From the sequence record MK327931.1: a stretch of DNA of 64,000 nt; one strand, given 5' to 3'. Below the pieces are notes generated by a model. It was not told the DNA's origin and did no database searches. It worked only from the letters and a program-made list of their open reading frames with translations. Both the position numbers and the translations under genes were made by a program. Origin of the DNA: Escherichia phage vB_EcoM_G17. Below, in pieces: positions 21,580 to 30,900 of the stretch (the first letter of the stretch is position 1; each line of letters opens with the position of its first letter).

Positions 21580-22002
21580 TTAAATTAATCTATCACGTAG
21601 ACGGTCGTAATATTTTTTGTGTATAGCTAGTATACACTGATATGCAGAATAGTCAATACCAAATGTATCATCAATGAACATGTACTGATCAAGTGTTTCC
21701 GGTCCATTATCATCAACTGGTAATGTCCCTTCTTTTTTTGATAGTGTGTGCCACATCAACTCACTTTCAATATGGTGAGTTGCGTATGTCAATTCTATCT
21801 TACTTTTTCGTAGTAAAATTAACAATTCATCATTGTCGTCGAGTGCATTACGAAATTTAATACGAACTGTACCCTGGAAATTATTAGTGTACATAACACG
21901 ATGATGATTGTATGAAATCAAACCACGTCTTTCAGTACTGATTTCGTGTTCAGCAAAGTACTTTAACGTTTCATTAAATTTTGGAATTTTAGTAACGTCC
22001 AA
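21580..22002 (-). CDS. hypothetical protein, tandem paralog A (140 aa)
   Basis: Shares YMFIDDTFGIDYSAYQ-type motif with 21989..22405. Confidence 0.5.
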   Translation of the reverse strand: MDVTKIPKFNETLKYFAEHEISTERRGLISYNHHRVMYTNNFQGTVRIKFRNALDDNDELLILLRKSKIELTYATHHIESELMWHTLSKKEGTLPVDDNGPETLDQYMFIDDTFGIDYSAYQCILAIHKKYYDRLRDRLI

Positions 22003-22405
22003 TCACATAATCCTCATAAAGTTCGTATACCCTCATTATACTCTGATATGTATCAAAGTCAATACCAAAGGTATCCTCAATGAACTGATATTGCAAAAAC
22101 TCTTCCTCTGTAGCAGCAATAGGAAGAGTCCCGTTTCGTTGTTCTGTGGATTGAACATCCTCAATATACATCAACACTATACCTTCATCCAGATTTATAT
22201 CTATCATAAAAACATCTTCACTATAAAATATGTTATATGTACGGATGAAGAGATTTCCTGTTCTATCATAACTTGACACGTGTGTTTCATAATACATTTT
22301 ATCTAAACTAAAGAACAAACCTGTACTATCTGGCTTTTTAGTATTTTTTAATTTAATTTCGATAGCATCAATAATAGGTTTAATATCAAACTTTTTCATA
22401 GACAA
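21989..22405 (-). CDS. hypothetical protein, tandem paralog B (138 aa)
   Basis: Shares YQFIEDTFGIDFDTYQ motif with 21580..22002. Confidence 0.5.
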   Translation of the reverse strand: MSMKKFDIKPIIDAIEIKLKNTKKPDSTGLFFSLDKMYYETHVSSYDRTGNLFIRTYNIFYSEDVFMIDINLDEGIVLMYIEDVQSTEQRNGTLPIAATEEEFLQYQFIEDTFGIDFDTYQSIMRVYELYEDYVIGRY

Positions 22406-22581
22406 ATCTCATATCGATTAGTGTTTGGATCATAGCAATAATTATCATTAACTTTAACACCAGGTTTAAGTGTTATTGTTGTTCCTACTTCAGTACTGGG
22501 TTCTGCATCACAATAAATCATCACACCAACCCCGACTAGTAAGGATATGATACATATAACTATACATATTGTATATTCCAT
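22396..22581 (-). CDS. small membrane protein (61 aa)
   Basis: Hydrophobic N-terminal segment IVICIISLLVGVGVMIY. Confidence 0.4.
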   Translation of the reverse strand: MEYTICIVICIISLLVGVGVMIYCDAEPSTEVGTTITLKPGVKVNDNYCYDPNTNRYEICL

Positions 22582-22594
22582 ACATTTATCTCCA

Positions 22595-22990
22595 TTATAA
22601 AAAGCAATTATACAGTTTATTGTACAATATAAAAAGGTCTTTCACATTATCATAAGTAATATCAGATACATCATGAATTAATGATAACTGAAAAAATGAA
22701 GCTTCGTCTATTTCTGCTGGAATTATAACATCACCATCTTCTTCGTCCATTTTATTGGTGTAGTATTTTATGTGATCTACATTCAACTCAATAGAGAACG
22801 CAATGTTGGTTTTTGTATAATCTTCAATTAATCCAATATATTGAGATTTTTCATTAATAAAAAATCCAATCCCAACACAACGGTTATCTGGATATGGATA
22901 GTACCATCTATTAATAACTAGGTGTTCAGGTAAGTCCATATCATGTGTTGATATTAGAGATTTTACAATTTCCATCCAGGAATAATTCAT
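22595..22990 (-). CDS. hypothetical protein (131 aa)
   Basis: ORF, minus strand. Confidence 0.5.
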   Translation of the reverse strand: MNYSWMEIVKSLISTHDMDLPEHLVINRWYYPYPDNRCVGIGFFINEKSQYIGLIEDYTKTNIAFSIELNVDHIKYYTNKMDEEDGDVIIPAEIDEASFFQLSLIHDVSDITYDNVKDLFILYNKLYNCFL

Positions 22991-23004
22991 AATTAAAACT
23001 CCAT

Positions 23005-23033
23005 AAGAAAAGGGACAGAATTAATCTGTCCCT
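23005..23033 (-). terminator. rho-independent terminator after HPF-like gene
   Basis: Hairpin GGGACAG-ATTAATT-CTGTCCC followed by T-run on minus strand. Confidence 0.6.
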
Positions 23034-23043
23034 TTAGTATATA

Positions 23044-23376
23044 TTACTCTTCGTTTTCTGTCAAATCATCAAGAACTGGGTGTTCTGGATGGTTTCGGCG
23101 GTGTAATTTAATGCTTTTGTCTTTACTGAATACAGTTTCCATCTTATCAAAAGATTCAACAATTGCTTTATACAAATCAGCATCATCAGCAGTTACTGAT
23201 TTACTACCAGCAGTTAAAGTTACAGCATATTGAGTTTTATGCTCTTTCTTAACATGAACACCAATGTCTAGTACTGAAGAAGTACGGTACTTATCCAGAC
23301 TTTTTGCTTCATTGTAAATAGCATCTTGGATTGCTGGAGTGATATCAACGTTGCCTTGGATATTTAGATTTAGCAT
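23044..23376 (-). CDS. hpf: ribosome hibernation promoting factor homolog (HPF/RaiA/YfiA family)
   Basis: MLNLNIQGNVDITPAIQDAIYNEAKSLDKY aligns to E. coli HPF MQLNITGNNVEITEALREFVTAKFAKLEQY; later DLYKAI..DK as in HPF. Confidence 0.75.
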   Translation of the reverse strand: MLNLNIQGNVDITPAIQDAIYNEAKSLDKYRTSSVLDIGVHVKKEHKTQYAVTLTAGSKSVTADDADLYKAIVESFDKMETVFSKDKSIKLHRRNHPEHPVLDDLTENEE

Positions 23377-23393
23377 ACTTCACCTTCCTTTTT

Positions 23394-24320
23394 TTAGAGT
23401 GAACTTAACAACAAATCTGCTCGGTTTGTAACTTGACGATACCATAAGGAATTCATAATTTCTTTTTTAAATTTCTTAGGGTTATCATTTTTCACACTTT
23501 TCCAAAGTTTATTAAACGTTGCTAATTTATCAACACCCATTGTATAGGACATTTCATAAAGAATACGTTGTTGTTCTTTGGTCAGATTTACTGCTTCTTT
23601 TTTCTGCATCAATAATAAAAAGTCATTATATGTTCTTTTCATATCTTGCATTAAAAGTTTATTGGCTTGAGCTTTGGTAATACCGTTTCTGTACTTAATC
23701 GCATCAGATTCTTTTCTACCCAAATAATGCCCATAACCTATTGTATAATTACCTTTCATGTCCTTGTAGGGATGAAATTTAGAATTGTGGAAAGGAACTC
23801 CGACTTTCCCACCAAGTAAACGGCGTTTGTTCTTGGACTGAAATTCAATTGAACCTTCAGCTTCTTTGATGTGATTGACAATTTCTGGATCATTATAATC
23901 AAACAGTACAGTCACATCTGGTAACAATACGTTCTTCAAATCCTCTTTTGTTGGGATAAAGATACCCTGAGAAGTATGAAGAGTAGCATTTAAATTGATA
24001 TTTTTCAACAAAATAACATACTCTTCAAGTTGTACATTTTTAGGTTTAAACTTTTTAGCAATAGAATAATAACTATCACCAGGTTGAACCGTATAATGCT
24101 TCTCGCCGCGTGGAACATCCTTTGATATTTCTACCTTTGGTAATTCCTGCTTTTGAATTTGCGTAACTTGTGGTTTTAAATTGTGTACCTGACTTTCGTC
24201 CGATGATGATACACGATCATTTTGAGAAAAACCATAAAATCCAATCGCAGCGACAAGTACTGTGCAAACTAGAACACCATAAGTAGTCTTAGTTTTCAGT
24301 GCTTTTTTCGCTTGTTTCAA
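23394..24320 (-). CDS. LysM plus T4-lysozyme-like (GH24-like) domain protein with N-terminal membrane anchor; putative endolysin
   Basis: TM segment VLVCTVLVAAIGFYGF; LysM YTVQPGDSYYSIAKKF; GNYTIGYGHYLG..SLWYRQVTNRA resembles T4 lysozyme; likely TTG start at 24320 after AAGGAGG (ORF extends to 24353). Confidence 0.7.
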   Translation of the reverse strand: MKQAKKALKTKTTYGVLVCTVLVAAIGFYGFSQNDRVSSSDESQVHNLKPQVTQIQKQELPKVEISKDVPRGEKHYTVQPGDSYYSIAKKFKPKNVQLEEYVILLKNINLNATLHTSQGIFIPTKEDLKNVLLPDVTVLFDYNDPEIVNHIKEAEGSIEFQSKNKRRLLGGKVGVPFHNSKFHPYKDMKGNYTIGYGHYLGRKESDAIKYRNGITKAQANKLLMQDMKRTYNDFLLLMQKKEAVNLTKEQQRILYEMSYTMGVDKLATFNKLWKSVKNDNPKKFKKEIMNSLWYRQVTNRADLLLSSL

Positions 24321-24436
24321 AACGCCTCCTTTGTTGATTGTTAAGATGGGCAATCACAAAGATGGCAAAGAGGCCATTTGTAAAAGCCTCATCGGACTTT
24401 CTACAGTACAAAAACGTTCTTTTCAAATGTTTAAGT

Positions 24437-24464
24437 AGTATAGCATATTTTTATTTTATTACAA
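24437..24464 (-). promoter_or_regulatory. candidate promoter TTGTAA-16-TATACT
   Basis: Minus strand TTGTAATAAAATAAAAATATGCTATACT upstream of lysozyme-like gene. Confidence 0.3.
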
Positions 24465-24488
24465 GACATATTTACTGTAAAAACCACA

Positions 24489-24899
24489 TTAATCGTAGTA
24501 GGTTCTACCTACAGTGATGTGATATTTAAAGTACTTGGTTGGTAGTCCTAGTTCATTTCTAATATGTGTGATGAAATCATCTTCAAATTCAATGATAAAG
24601 AATGAACCTGGATTCTTTTTATCTTTTACTATCTCAATACAAGGATTGAACTTTATCTTTACTTTCATTCCATCGTACTTTTTCCAGTACTCTGGATTTG
24701 GTGGCACTTCACCACGAACGATACTGACATGTGCTCCCCATTGTGGGTCTTTAATATCAATATGTAAGTCAGTTCTGATGAAGTACTGGTAGTATCGAAC
24801 CAACTGTAATGGAAGTTGTAGTACTAACCAGAAGTCCTTCTTCTTTTTCATAGTGCCACGTTCTGGATCATACACCAGAGTTCCTTCCATTTCAATCAT
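24489..24899 (-). CDS. 2H phosphoesterase-superfamily-like protein (two H-x-[ST]-x motifs)
   Basis: HVSI and HITV motifs about 70 aa apart; small size (136 aa). Confidence 0.45.
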   Translation of the reverse strand: MIEMEGTLVYDPERGTMKKKKDFWLVLQLPLQLVRYYQYFIRTDLHIDIKDPQWGAHVSIVRGEVPPNPEYWKKYDGMKVKIKFNPCIEIVKDKKNPGSFFIIEFEDDFITHIRNELGLPTKYFKYHITVGRTYYD

Positions 24900-24906
24900 A
24901 TGTTAC

Positions 24907-25110
24907 CTATAAAATTACATATATGTTTTTATTTTCAATACGAACATATGTTTCCAAAACATCTTTCGGAATTTTATTACTTGTTTTGAACCATGTAGTA
25001 TTCTCTACTAAAACAAAAGTTTCACCTTCAGTTTCACCAAATGTACTTAGTGCATAAATGAAGTAATTGGGTGATGCACTACAATATATATCAGCATTAA
25101 TTTCAATCAT
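24907..25110 (-). CDS. hypothetical protein (about 67 aa from ATG at 25110)
   Basis: ORF; first ATG at 25110 (track ORF extends to TTG at 25125). Confidence 0.4.
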   Translation of the reverse strand: MIEINADIYCSASPNYFIYALSTFGETEGETFVLVENTTWFKTSNKIPKDVLETYVRIENKNIYVIL

Positions 25111-25114
25111 ACTT

Positions 25115-25246
25115 TTACACCACAATAAAACTTAATACAACAAGTGTAATAAACACACCCACAATAGCAGTCATTTCTGGGTTTGCATCATATGTATAGC
25201 GTATACATTTTAGAAAATCTTTACCAAATTTCTTTAGTCCATTCAT
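25115..25246 (-). CDS. candidate small membrane protein (43 aa), not in ORF track
   Basis: ATG 12 nt downstream of upstream stop, preceded by AGGAAA; MNGLKKFGKDFLKCIRYTYDANPEMTAIVGVFITLVVLSFIVV with C-terminal hydrophobic helix. Confidence 0.3.
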   Translation of the reverse strand: MNGLKKFGKDFLKCIRYTYDANPEMTAIVGVFITLVVLSFIVV

Positions 25247-25257
25247 ATATTTTCCTT

Positions 25258-25614
25258 TTATTTCTTGTGTAAAGGTTCATCACTTTCATAATAAATTGTA
25301 TCATTATTTCGCTCTATAGTAAAGCTCTTTTGACACAACTCTTCAGCTAAACCCTTTGCATAGTTTAATACATCTCGGTTGAGATATACTTCTTCTTTTG
25401 GAAAGCGTGGGTACTGAATAATACGAGCACACATCCCACTTTCAAGACCGCCAGTGTAGATATATTCACAGGGAATTAATTGTACACAAAAGCCATGCTT
25501 AAACGCAAATTTTCTTGTGTACTCTCTTGCTGTTTGAATATCACCAGCAATATGGATATTCCAGTACTGTGTCTCCACTGTACCTTTATCGATGTATTTC
25601 ATACTCATCTCCAA
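25258..25614 (-). CDS. hypothetical protein (118 aa)
   Basis: ORF, minus strand. Confidence 0.5.
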   Translation of the reverse strand: MEMSMKYIDKGTVETQYWNIHIAGDIQTAREYTRKFAFKHGFCVQLIPCEYIYTGGLESGMCARIIQYPRFPKEEVYLNRDVLNYAKGLAEELCQKSFTIERNNDTIYYESDEPLHKK

Positions 25615-25631
25615 TTATAGCACTAAAAATC

Positions 25632-26021
25632 TCACTTTCCCAACTCTTCTATGATTCTTTTTATTGAATCATGGTTTTCCAGACATAAAGTACTGAAATT
25701 TCTACCTGTTTTTTCATTTAGTTCGCTGATTTCAAGCATAAGATATCCATATGTAATATCTTGAACCCTACTTCGTTTTACCCTTGAGTACAGCTTGATT
25801 GGTACTGATACACGAGTATTCAAAAAGAATTCTGGCAAATCATAACGATATACCAGGTATTCATTCTTGTAACGTTTACGACTGTACGATTCGAAACACT
25901 GCGGATAACGTCTATCAAACATACTACTTCTTAGTTGAAGTATGATTGGATCTAACTTATGTGAGTAATATTTTTTGATTATTTTATCAAATCTTTTTAC
26001 ATGTCGTTTACGCCATCTCAT
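25632..26021 (-). CDS. hypothetical basic protein (129 aa)
   Basis: ORF; basic N-terminus. Confidence 0.5.
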   Translation of the reverse strand: MRWRKRHVKRFDKIIKKYYSHKLDPIILQLRSSMFDRRYPQCFESYSRKRYKNEYLVYRYDLPEFFLNTRVSVPIKLYSRVKRSRVQDITYGYLMLEISELNEKTGRNFSTLCLENHDSIKRIIEELGK

Positions 26022-26515
26022 GTTCTAACTCCTTTCAATAATACAATAGGAAAATACTGTGTATCTGTATCAGAAATACTATTACAGTACTCAATAATTT
26101 CTTGATGGAGTGTGTTTATATAAATGCTAGGATATGGAATTGGTGTTTGTATTAGTCCAGAACTATAAACACAATCAGTTCTTTGACAATCAATATAGTG
26201 TGTTGTTGGTATATCTTTACCACGTTCCTCAACTACAATTGAGTACGAGTCAGCAATAAAAATGAACGCATTGTTAATTGATACATATTGTAGGGAATAC
26301 ACATCATCATGAACTTCAATCAAAGGACCATCAAAATTCATCAATACCGAACGACGATATCCTAACACATCACTCATTGCATCGAACTGTTCTTGTGATG
26401 AAAGATAACAAAAACACGTATCACGACATACGTCAATAAAACGCTTAAATGTTTCTGTTTCTATAAGCATATAATTTTCCTTAAAAAAGACCCCACATAG
26501 TGAGGTCAAATACAT
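26018..26515 (-). CDS. hypothetical protein (165 aa)
   Basis: ORF; 4-nt start/stop overlap with upstream gene. Confidence 0.5.
   Translation of the reverse strand: MYLTSLCGVFFKENYMLIETETFKRFIDVCRDTCFCYLSSQEQFDAMSDVLGYRRSVLMNFDGPLIEVHDDVYSLQYVSINNAFIFIADSYSIVVEERGKDIPTTHYIDCQRTDCVYSSGLIQTPIPYPSIYINTLHQEIIEYCNSISDTDTQYFPIVLLKGVRT
26482..26508 (-). terminator. terminator-like hairpin plus T-run
   Basis: GACCTCACTATGTGGGGTC then TTTTTT on minus strand. Confidence 0.5.
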
Positions 26516-26740
26516 TTAATCGTTATCATCATCCAATGCGTCACGGTAAACATAATAAACATGTGCACCTAGCAGAGCAATAAGTACAATAAAGATTAAC
26601 CAGAATGGTACAAAATGCAGTACTAGTGAAAACGCCAGTACTGTAATAACCATTACAACTGAACTGAAAATAAGACTTACTGCTTTTTCAAATCCAGATA
26701 GTAATTTTTTAAAGATTTTTTTCATAAATGAATCAACCAT
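26516..26740 (-). CDS. small membrane protein (74 aa, two predicted TM helices)
   Basis: Hydrophobic stretches VVMVITVLAFSLVLHFVPFWLIFIVLIALLGA. Confidence 0.5.
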   Translation of the reverse strand: MVDSFMKKIFKKLLSGFEKAVSLIFSSVVMVITVLAFSLVLHFVPFWLIFIVLIALLGAHVYYVYRDALDDDND

Positions 26741-27083
26741 TTTTAATCCTCAAGAAAGTATGCTTACATTTTAGTTTATTACCATAGAATGAAATAGGAA
26801 CATTAAACATTTCAATCTTATCTTCTTTCAACAAACGTAGAATATCAGGATCGTTTTTTGTTTGAATGCAATGAAGACCATTAACCTGAATTTCTAAACC
26901 TTTCTTTAGATATTCATAAATTTTTTGACGACGCATCCCACCATAACTATCATTATGTACCACATCACGTAATTCTTTATATTCTTGCTTCAATGCTCGG
27001 TCTACAAGTGTTCCATCTTTCTTCCTGATCTCTGCAATACATTTATATTGATTTGAACCTCTAAGAGCCATGTTGTACCTCAT
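26733..27083 (-). CDS. hypothetical protein (116 aa)
   Basis: ORF. Confidence 0.5.
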   Translation of the reverse strand: MRYNMALRGSNQYKCIAEIRKKDGTLVDRALKQEYKELRDVVHNDSYGGMRRQKIYEYLKKGLEIQVNGLHCIQTKNDPDILRLLKEDKIEMFNVPISFYGNKLKCKHTFLRIKNG

Positions 27084-27540
27084 TAGGGTATTTTTTCATC
27101 AATTCGTGTAAACGCTGAATCTCTTGTTCTTTTTTTCTATCACTCTCGTATTTTCGAGAAAGTTTCTTTTTTGTATTTGCTTCTTCTAATCTAATATCAG
27201 TACAGAATTTGTCATTTTTAAAAAAATTGATACGCAATGCATCGAAAACAGACTTGAAATCGTTTCCTAATTCTTTAGATGTGTCAGTATGATTATGAAA
27301 ATACATATTATTTGTCATATTTACATGTTCAATTACTGCACCATTGTGCGTTACGATAAACATTATATCTCCATACTGTTCACGTGGTTCTGTACGATAC
27401 AGATATATATGTTGACGTAAATAATCTTTTAATTCATGTTCAATGCCACTTTGTTCATAACTTTGATATACTAAAACCTCACCATCAGTTGAACTGTTGT
27501 CAGATTCATATGGTTCGCGGATAATTATAAGATTATACAT
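27061..27540 (-). CDS. hypothetical protein (159 aa)
   Basis: ORF. Confidence 0.5.
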   Translation of the reverse strand: MYNLIIIREPYESDNSSTDGEVLVYQSYEQSGIEHELKDYLRQHIYLYRTEPREQYGDIMFIVTHNGAVIEHVNMTNNMYFHNHTDTSKELGNDFKSVFDALRINFFKNDKFCTDIRLEEANTKKKLSRKYESDRKKEQEIQRLHELMKKYPNEVQHGS

Positions 27541-27548
27541 ATTACTCC

Positions 27549-27830
27549 TTATACCGGAGATACGGTACTCAACATTAGTAAAGCTGTATTTTCATCAATT
27601 TCATGATAGTTGTCGCATACAAGTGTTTCCAACAAATCAGGATGATAATAATAATGTTCATAATCAGTATCATTAGGAATATGATGATATACAAATACAA
27701 TATCAAAAACATCATCATCATTTTCACACTTGAAACGCTTTAATTCATCGACACTTTCAACAAAGCCATATTCTTCAAAAGCAGTTGTACCATCTGGTAG
27801 TTTCATCCATGCACTTGCAACAATTTTCAT
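27549..27830 (-). CDS. hypothetical protein (93 aa)
   Basis: ORF. Confidence 0.5.
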   Translation of the reverse strand: MKIVASAWMKLPDGTTAFEEYGFVESVDELKRFKCENDDDVFDIVFVYHHIPNDTDYEHYYYHPDLLETLVCDNYHEIDENTALLMLSTVSPV

Positions 27831-27847
27831 AAATTTGTGAATCCTTA

Positions 27848-28432
27848 TTATTTTGTAATGTTTAGTTTAGAAACGAAGTATTCTTTGGCTTCTTCATATG
27901 TCATTGAAGTATACATAGGATTCCATTTATCGTCAATATCGATAAGTACTTTAACTTCCATTACATCTTCTGGTGTATAGAATTGCCATGTATTGTGATC
28001 TGGCTCATAGTTAGGGTCCAGTACAAAAACCGTACCATCCTGACCATAAACTTCTCCATCCTCTAATAGCTCACGGAAGAAATCTTCTCCAGTAGTTGGG
28101 TCTTCGTATGCATTATAAAAACGAAAAACAACATTCTCAACATCTGTTCGGGTAGTACCATCGTCTTCATCATATTCCACCAAACGGTCCTGATGAAATA
28201 CTAGGTCAATTGCACCAATGCGAGGTTTATTATGTGGAGTTTTGATTTCTTGCTGGGAATTGTAATCAATACGTTCAGTACTGATGAATACTCCACTAGG
28301 GGTAATTTCAATACCAGACACATTTTCTGGTGAATAGTAAGCGTCACACATGTCATCAATGTGCATGTGCTCATGATACACTTCCATTTCAGGATTCTGC
28401 AACAACAGTGCTGCTAAGTCTTTTGCTTTCAA
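27848..28432 (-). CDS. hypothetical protein, paralog of 29168..29815
   Basis: Shared N-terminus MKAKDLAALLLQNPEMEVYH vs MKSHELAKLLLSQPNLEIYH. Confidence 0.5.
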   Translation of the reverse strand: MKAKDLAALLLQNPEMEVYHEHMHIDDMCDAYYSPENVSGIEITPSGVFISTERIDYNSQQEIKTPHNKPRIGAIDLVFHQDRLVEYDEDDGTTRTDVENVVFRFYNAYEDPTTGEDFFRELLEDGEVYGQDGTVFVLDPNYEPDHNTWQFYTPEDVMEVKVLIDIDDKWNPMYTSMTYEEAKEYFVSKLNITK

Positions 28433-28821
28433 TCTACAATCTCCATAGAATTATCATCATCATAATCATCACTGGTGTACTTAGTTTTTACCTCAATACC
28501 ATTCTCATGTAGGTATGTGATAAAACCATTACCATAAACGAATTGATTATAATATGTATTTTCTTCTACATGTGCATCATAATCATCTTCATAATATGTG
28601 GGTATTGTAACATCATGACCTACACTTTGCAAGTACTGGAACAATTCTTTCAGTACTACTTCGATATCACCTTCTTCTGTGCCATAACAATATGCAGGTT
28701 CACCGTGAGTGAATTTGAAACCTTTACAGGAAACTGTATAAATGTCACTCATTTGTATACCACAATCATCACATTCATGTATAGAACAATGCTGGTGGAA
28801 TTTAATCTTTTTGATTTGCAT
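28429..28821 (-). CDS. hypothetical Cys/His-containing protein (130 aa)
   Basis: ORF; HQHCSIHECDDCG N-terminal Cys/His cluster. Confidence 0.5.
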   Translation of the reverse strand: MQIKKIKFHQHCSIHECDDCGIQMSDIYTVSCKGFKFTHGEPAYCYGTEEGDIEVVLKELFQYLQSVGHDVTIPTYYEDDYDAHVEENTYYNQFVYGNGFITYLHENGIEVKTKYTSDDYDDDNSMEIVD

Positions 28822-29161
28822 TTAGAAAATCCTGTAAAGATGTAGTAGACATTGGACTATCAGCACCATCATACCACAGTGATGTATATGGCTGAACTGA
28901 ACTAATATCAATACAGAATCCTTCACGCTCACATTTTCGAGCGAATTCTTCAGTAGTTAGTTTGTTACCAAAAGAAATCTCAAATTCATAACTAGACATA
29001 TCAATATCAGTACTGTAAATCAATGCACCATCATATGTAATATGGAGTTTAGAATCTGCGTCAAAAAGACGATCTGAAATAGCTTCATAATCATCTTCAG
29101 GAACTGCTTCAATAAGACGTGCCATTAGTCCAGATGTTACGCGGTAATCACTCATGTTCAA
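28802..29161 (-). CDS. hypothetical protein (119 aa)
   Basis: ORF. Confidence 0.5.
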   Translation of the reverse strand: MNMSDYRVTSGLMARLIEAVPEDDYEAISDRLFDADSKLHITYDGALIYSTDIDMSSYEFEISFGNKLTTEEFARKCEREGFCIDISSVQPYTSLWYDGADSPMSTTSLQDFLNANQKD

Positions 29162-29167
29162 CCTCTT

Positions 29168-29815
29168 TTATTTTTCAATTTTATCAATCATAGAAGGTGA
29201 TACTTTAACATTGAATTCAGAATCAGGAAAATCTTTAGAAAATGATTCATTTTGTTCTTGTGAAAGTTCTTTTTTCGGTGGAAATAACATTTTGGCTAAA
29301 TTTTTACCACATTCAATTGCTTCATCATATGACATATTTTCCCATGTTTCATGCCAAGTATTAGGATCATATTCTGTCAGTACTGAAATGAAATCAATAT
29401 CATCAGATGTATAACAAACAGCATGTTGATTAGAGAATTGTGTTGATTTATTTTTACCTAATAAAACAATTGGCTTTTCATAAGGAATGTTAAATACCAA
29501 CCCATATTCTAAGCTAAGAACAGTTTGAATATGTGAACCCTCCAATTTTGGAGTAATAGTACCATCCTTAAAGAAAATTTGCACATGACCCAAGAGGGGG
29601 GTTTCGTATGGTGTAAGTACATTTTCAGAAACTGATGTAGGTTTTACCGTTGTGAAAATACCAGATGGTGTAACCATTAATCTATTATCAAAATTCTGAT
29701 AATGCAAGTCACTCTCTGCATCATAATGATAAATTTCTAGATTTGGTTGAGATAGTAGTAATTTTGCTAACTCATGCGATTTCATATTATTTCTCCAAAA
29801 GAAAAGGAGAGTCAT
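29168..29815 (-). CDS. hypothetical protein, paralog of 27848..28432
   Basis: Shared N-terminal region; see paralog. Confidence 0.5.
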   Translation of the reverse strand: MTLLFFWRNNMKSHELAKLLLSQPNLEIYHYDAESDLHYQNFDNRLMVTPSGIFTTVKPTSVSENVLTPYETPLLGHVQIFFKDGTITPKLEGSHIQTVLSLEYGLVFNIPYEKPIVLLGKNKSTQFSNQHAVCYTSDDIDFISVLTEYDPNTWHETWENMSYDEAIECGKNLAKMLFPPKKELSQEQNESFSKDFPDSEFNVKVSPSMIDKIEK

Positions 29816-29827
29816 AGCGACTCTCCA
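29796..29827 (-). terminator. rho-independent terminator
   Basis: Perfect hairpin GGAGAGTC-GCTAT-GACTCTCC followed by TTTTCTTTT on minus strand. Confidence 0.65.
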
Positions 29828-29833
29828 TATAGT

Positions 29834-30274
29834 TTATTGTAAAACTTTAAGTTTGTAAAGTGTTCCTTCAACAAAACTCATAATATCTTCTAATGTGTTT
29901 ACACTGCCGTAATCACCCGATTCTTCAAGCATATCATGAATTGCTCTGCATTGCTCAACATATTCTTCAAGAATTGGTACACAATCTTCAATTGGTGTAA
30001 AACGATAACTATTACCAGTCCCAACTTGCAAAGCACCACGATTATTCATGATACCTTCAACAAATGCGTCTACATATTCTGGTAATTCTTTATATAGTTC
30101 ATCTAATTGTAAATGCTTTGTATAAAAATGACATTGTAAGTGCCAGTTATGTGCAGCAGAACTTAAAAACAAACTATTTTCAATAAAAGTTAATAGTACT
30201 TCATCATATGAATTATCTTCTTCAGTACTTCCGATAAAGTCCATTACGTGTCGTAAATCATTAATATCTTCCAT
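29834..30274 (-). CDS. hypothetical protein (146 aa)
   Basis: ORF. Confidence 0.5.
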   Translation of the reverse strand: MEDINDLRHVMDFIGSTEEDNSYDEVLLTFIENSLFLSSAAHNWHLQCHFYTKHLQLDELYKELPEYVDAFVEGIMNNRGALQVGTGNSYRFTPIEDCVPILEEYVEQCRAIHDMLEESGDYGSVNTLEDIMSFVEGTLYKLKVLQ

Positions 30275-30306
30275 AATATCTCTCCTTAGAGTTATTCTCT
30301 TATTAT

Positions 30307-30735
30307 TTAGTTAATAATAAAGGTAATTTCAGGATTCATTTCCGAAACTGCATTGCGTTTACTTCTATCCCATAGTATTCTGTTATTATACAAAGAAGAA
30401 TCACATACTACAAGTAAGCAATTTCTTAATCTACTTACAGTACTTTGATTATTTAAATCAGTTTCTGAAATAAAAAATACATTTTCAGGAACTACTAAAG
30501 GAATAGATTTATCAAAAAACAAAACTACAATAGGTCTTGTTGTATGAACTGATTTAACGAAATCCAAAATACTATTATAAAAATTAGTTTCTTTAGTAAT
30601 TACTGACGGATCTTTAATTCTTTTCAAATATTGCTGTGGTAATTGATGTTCGTCTTTTATCTGAAACTCAAAATATTCTTTGAATAACATTTGTGTTAAT
30701 TCGGATTTATCGGATATTTTCGTTGTGTTACTCAT
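30307..30735 (-). CDS. hypothetical protein (142 aa)
   Basis: ORF. Confidence 0.5.
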   Translation of the reverse strand: MSNTTKISDKSELTQMLFKEYFEFQIKDEHQLPQQYLKRIKDPSVITKETNFYNSILDFVKSVHTTRPIVVLFFDKSIPLVVPENVFFISETDLNNQSTVSRLRNCLLVVCDSSLYNNRILWDRSKRNAVSEMNPEITFIIN

Positions 30736-30873
30736 TCACTTCGTTCTCTCGTAACTCAAGAAGTCACTGCGTTTACTTCGTAAACTAGTTCCTTCTGAAA
30801 ATGATAATGTACTTTAAAAACTTGACGGGATTTGTTGAGGACTATTACATCCCCCCGCAGGGGAATGAAGGTA

Positions 30874-30900
30874 ATAAAAAAGAGACAATTAAGTCTCTCT
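30874..30900 (-). terminator. rho-independent terminator closing the non-coding locus
   Basis: Hairpin AGAGAC-TTAATT-GTCTCT followed by TTTTTTATT on minus strand. Confidence 0.55.
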
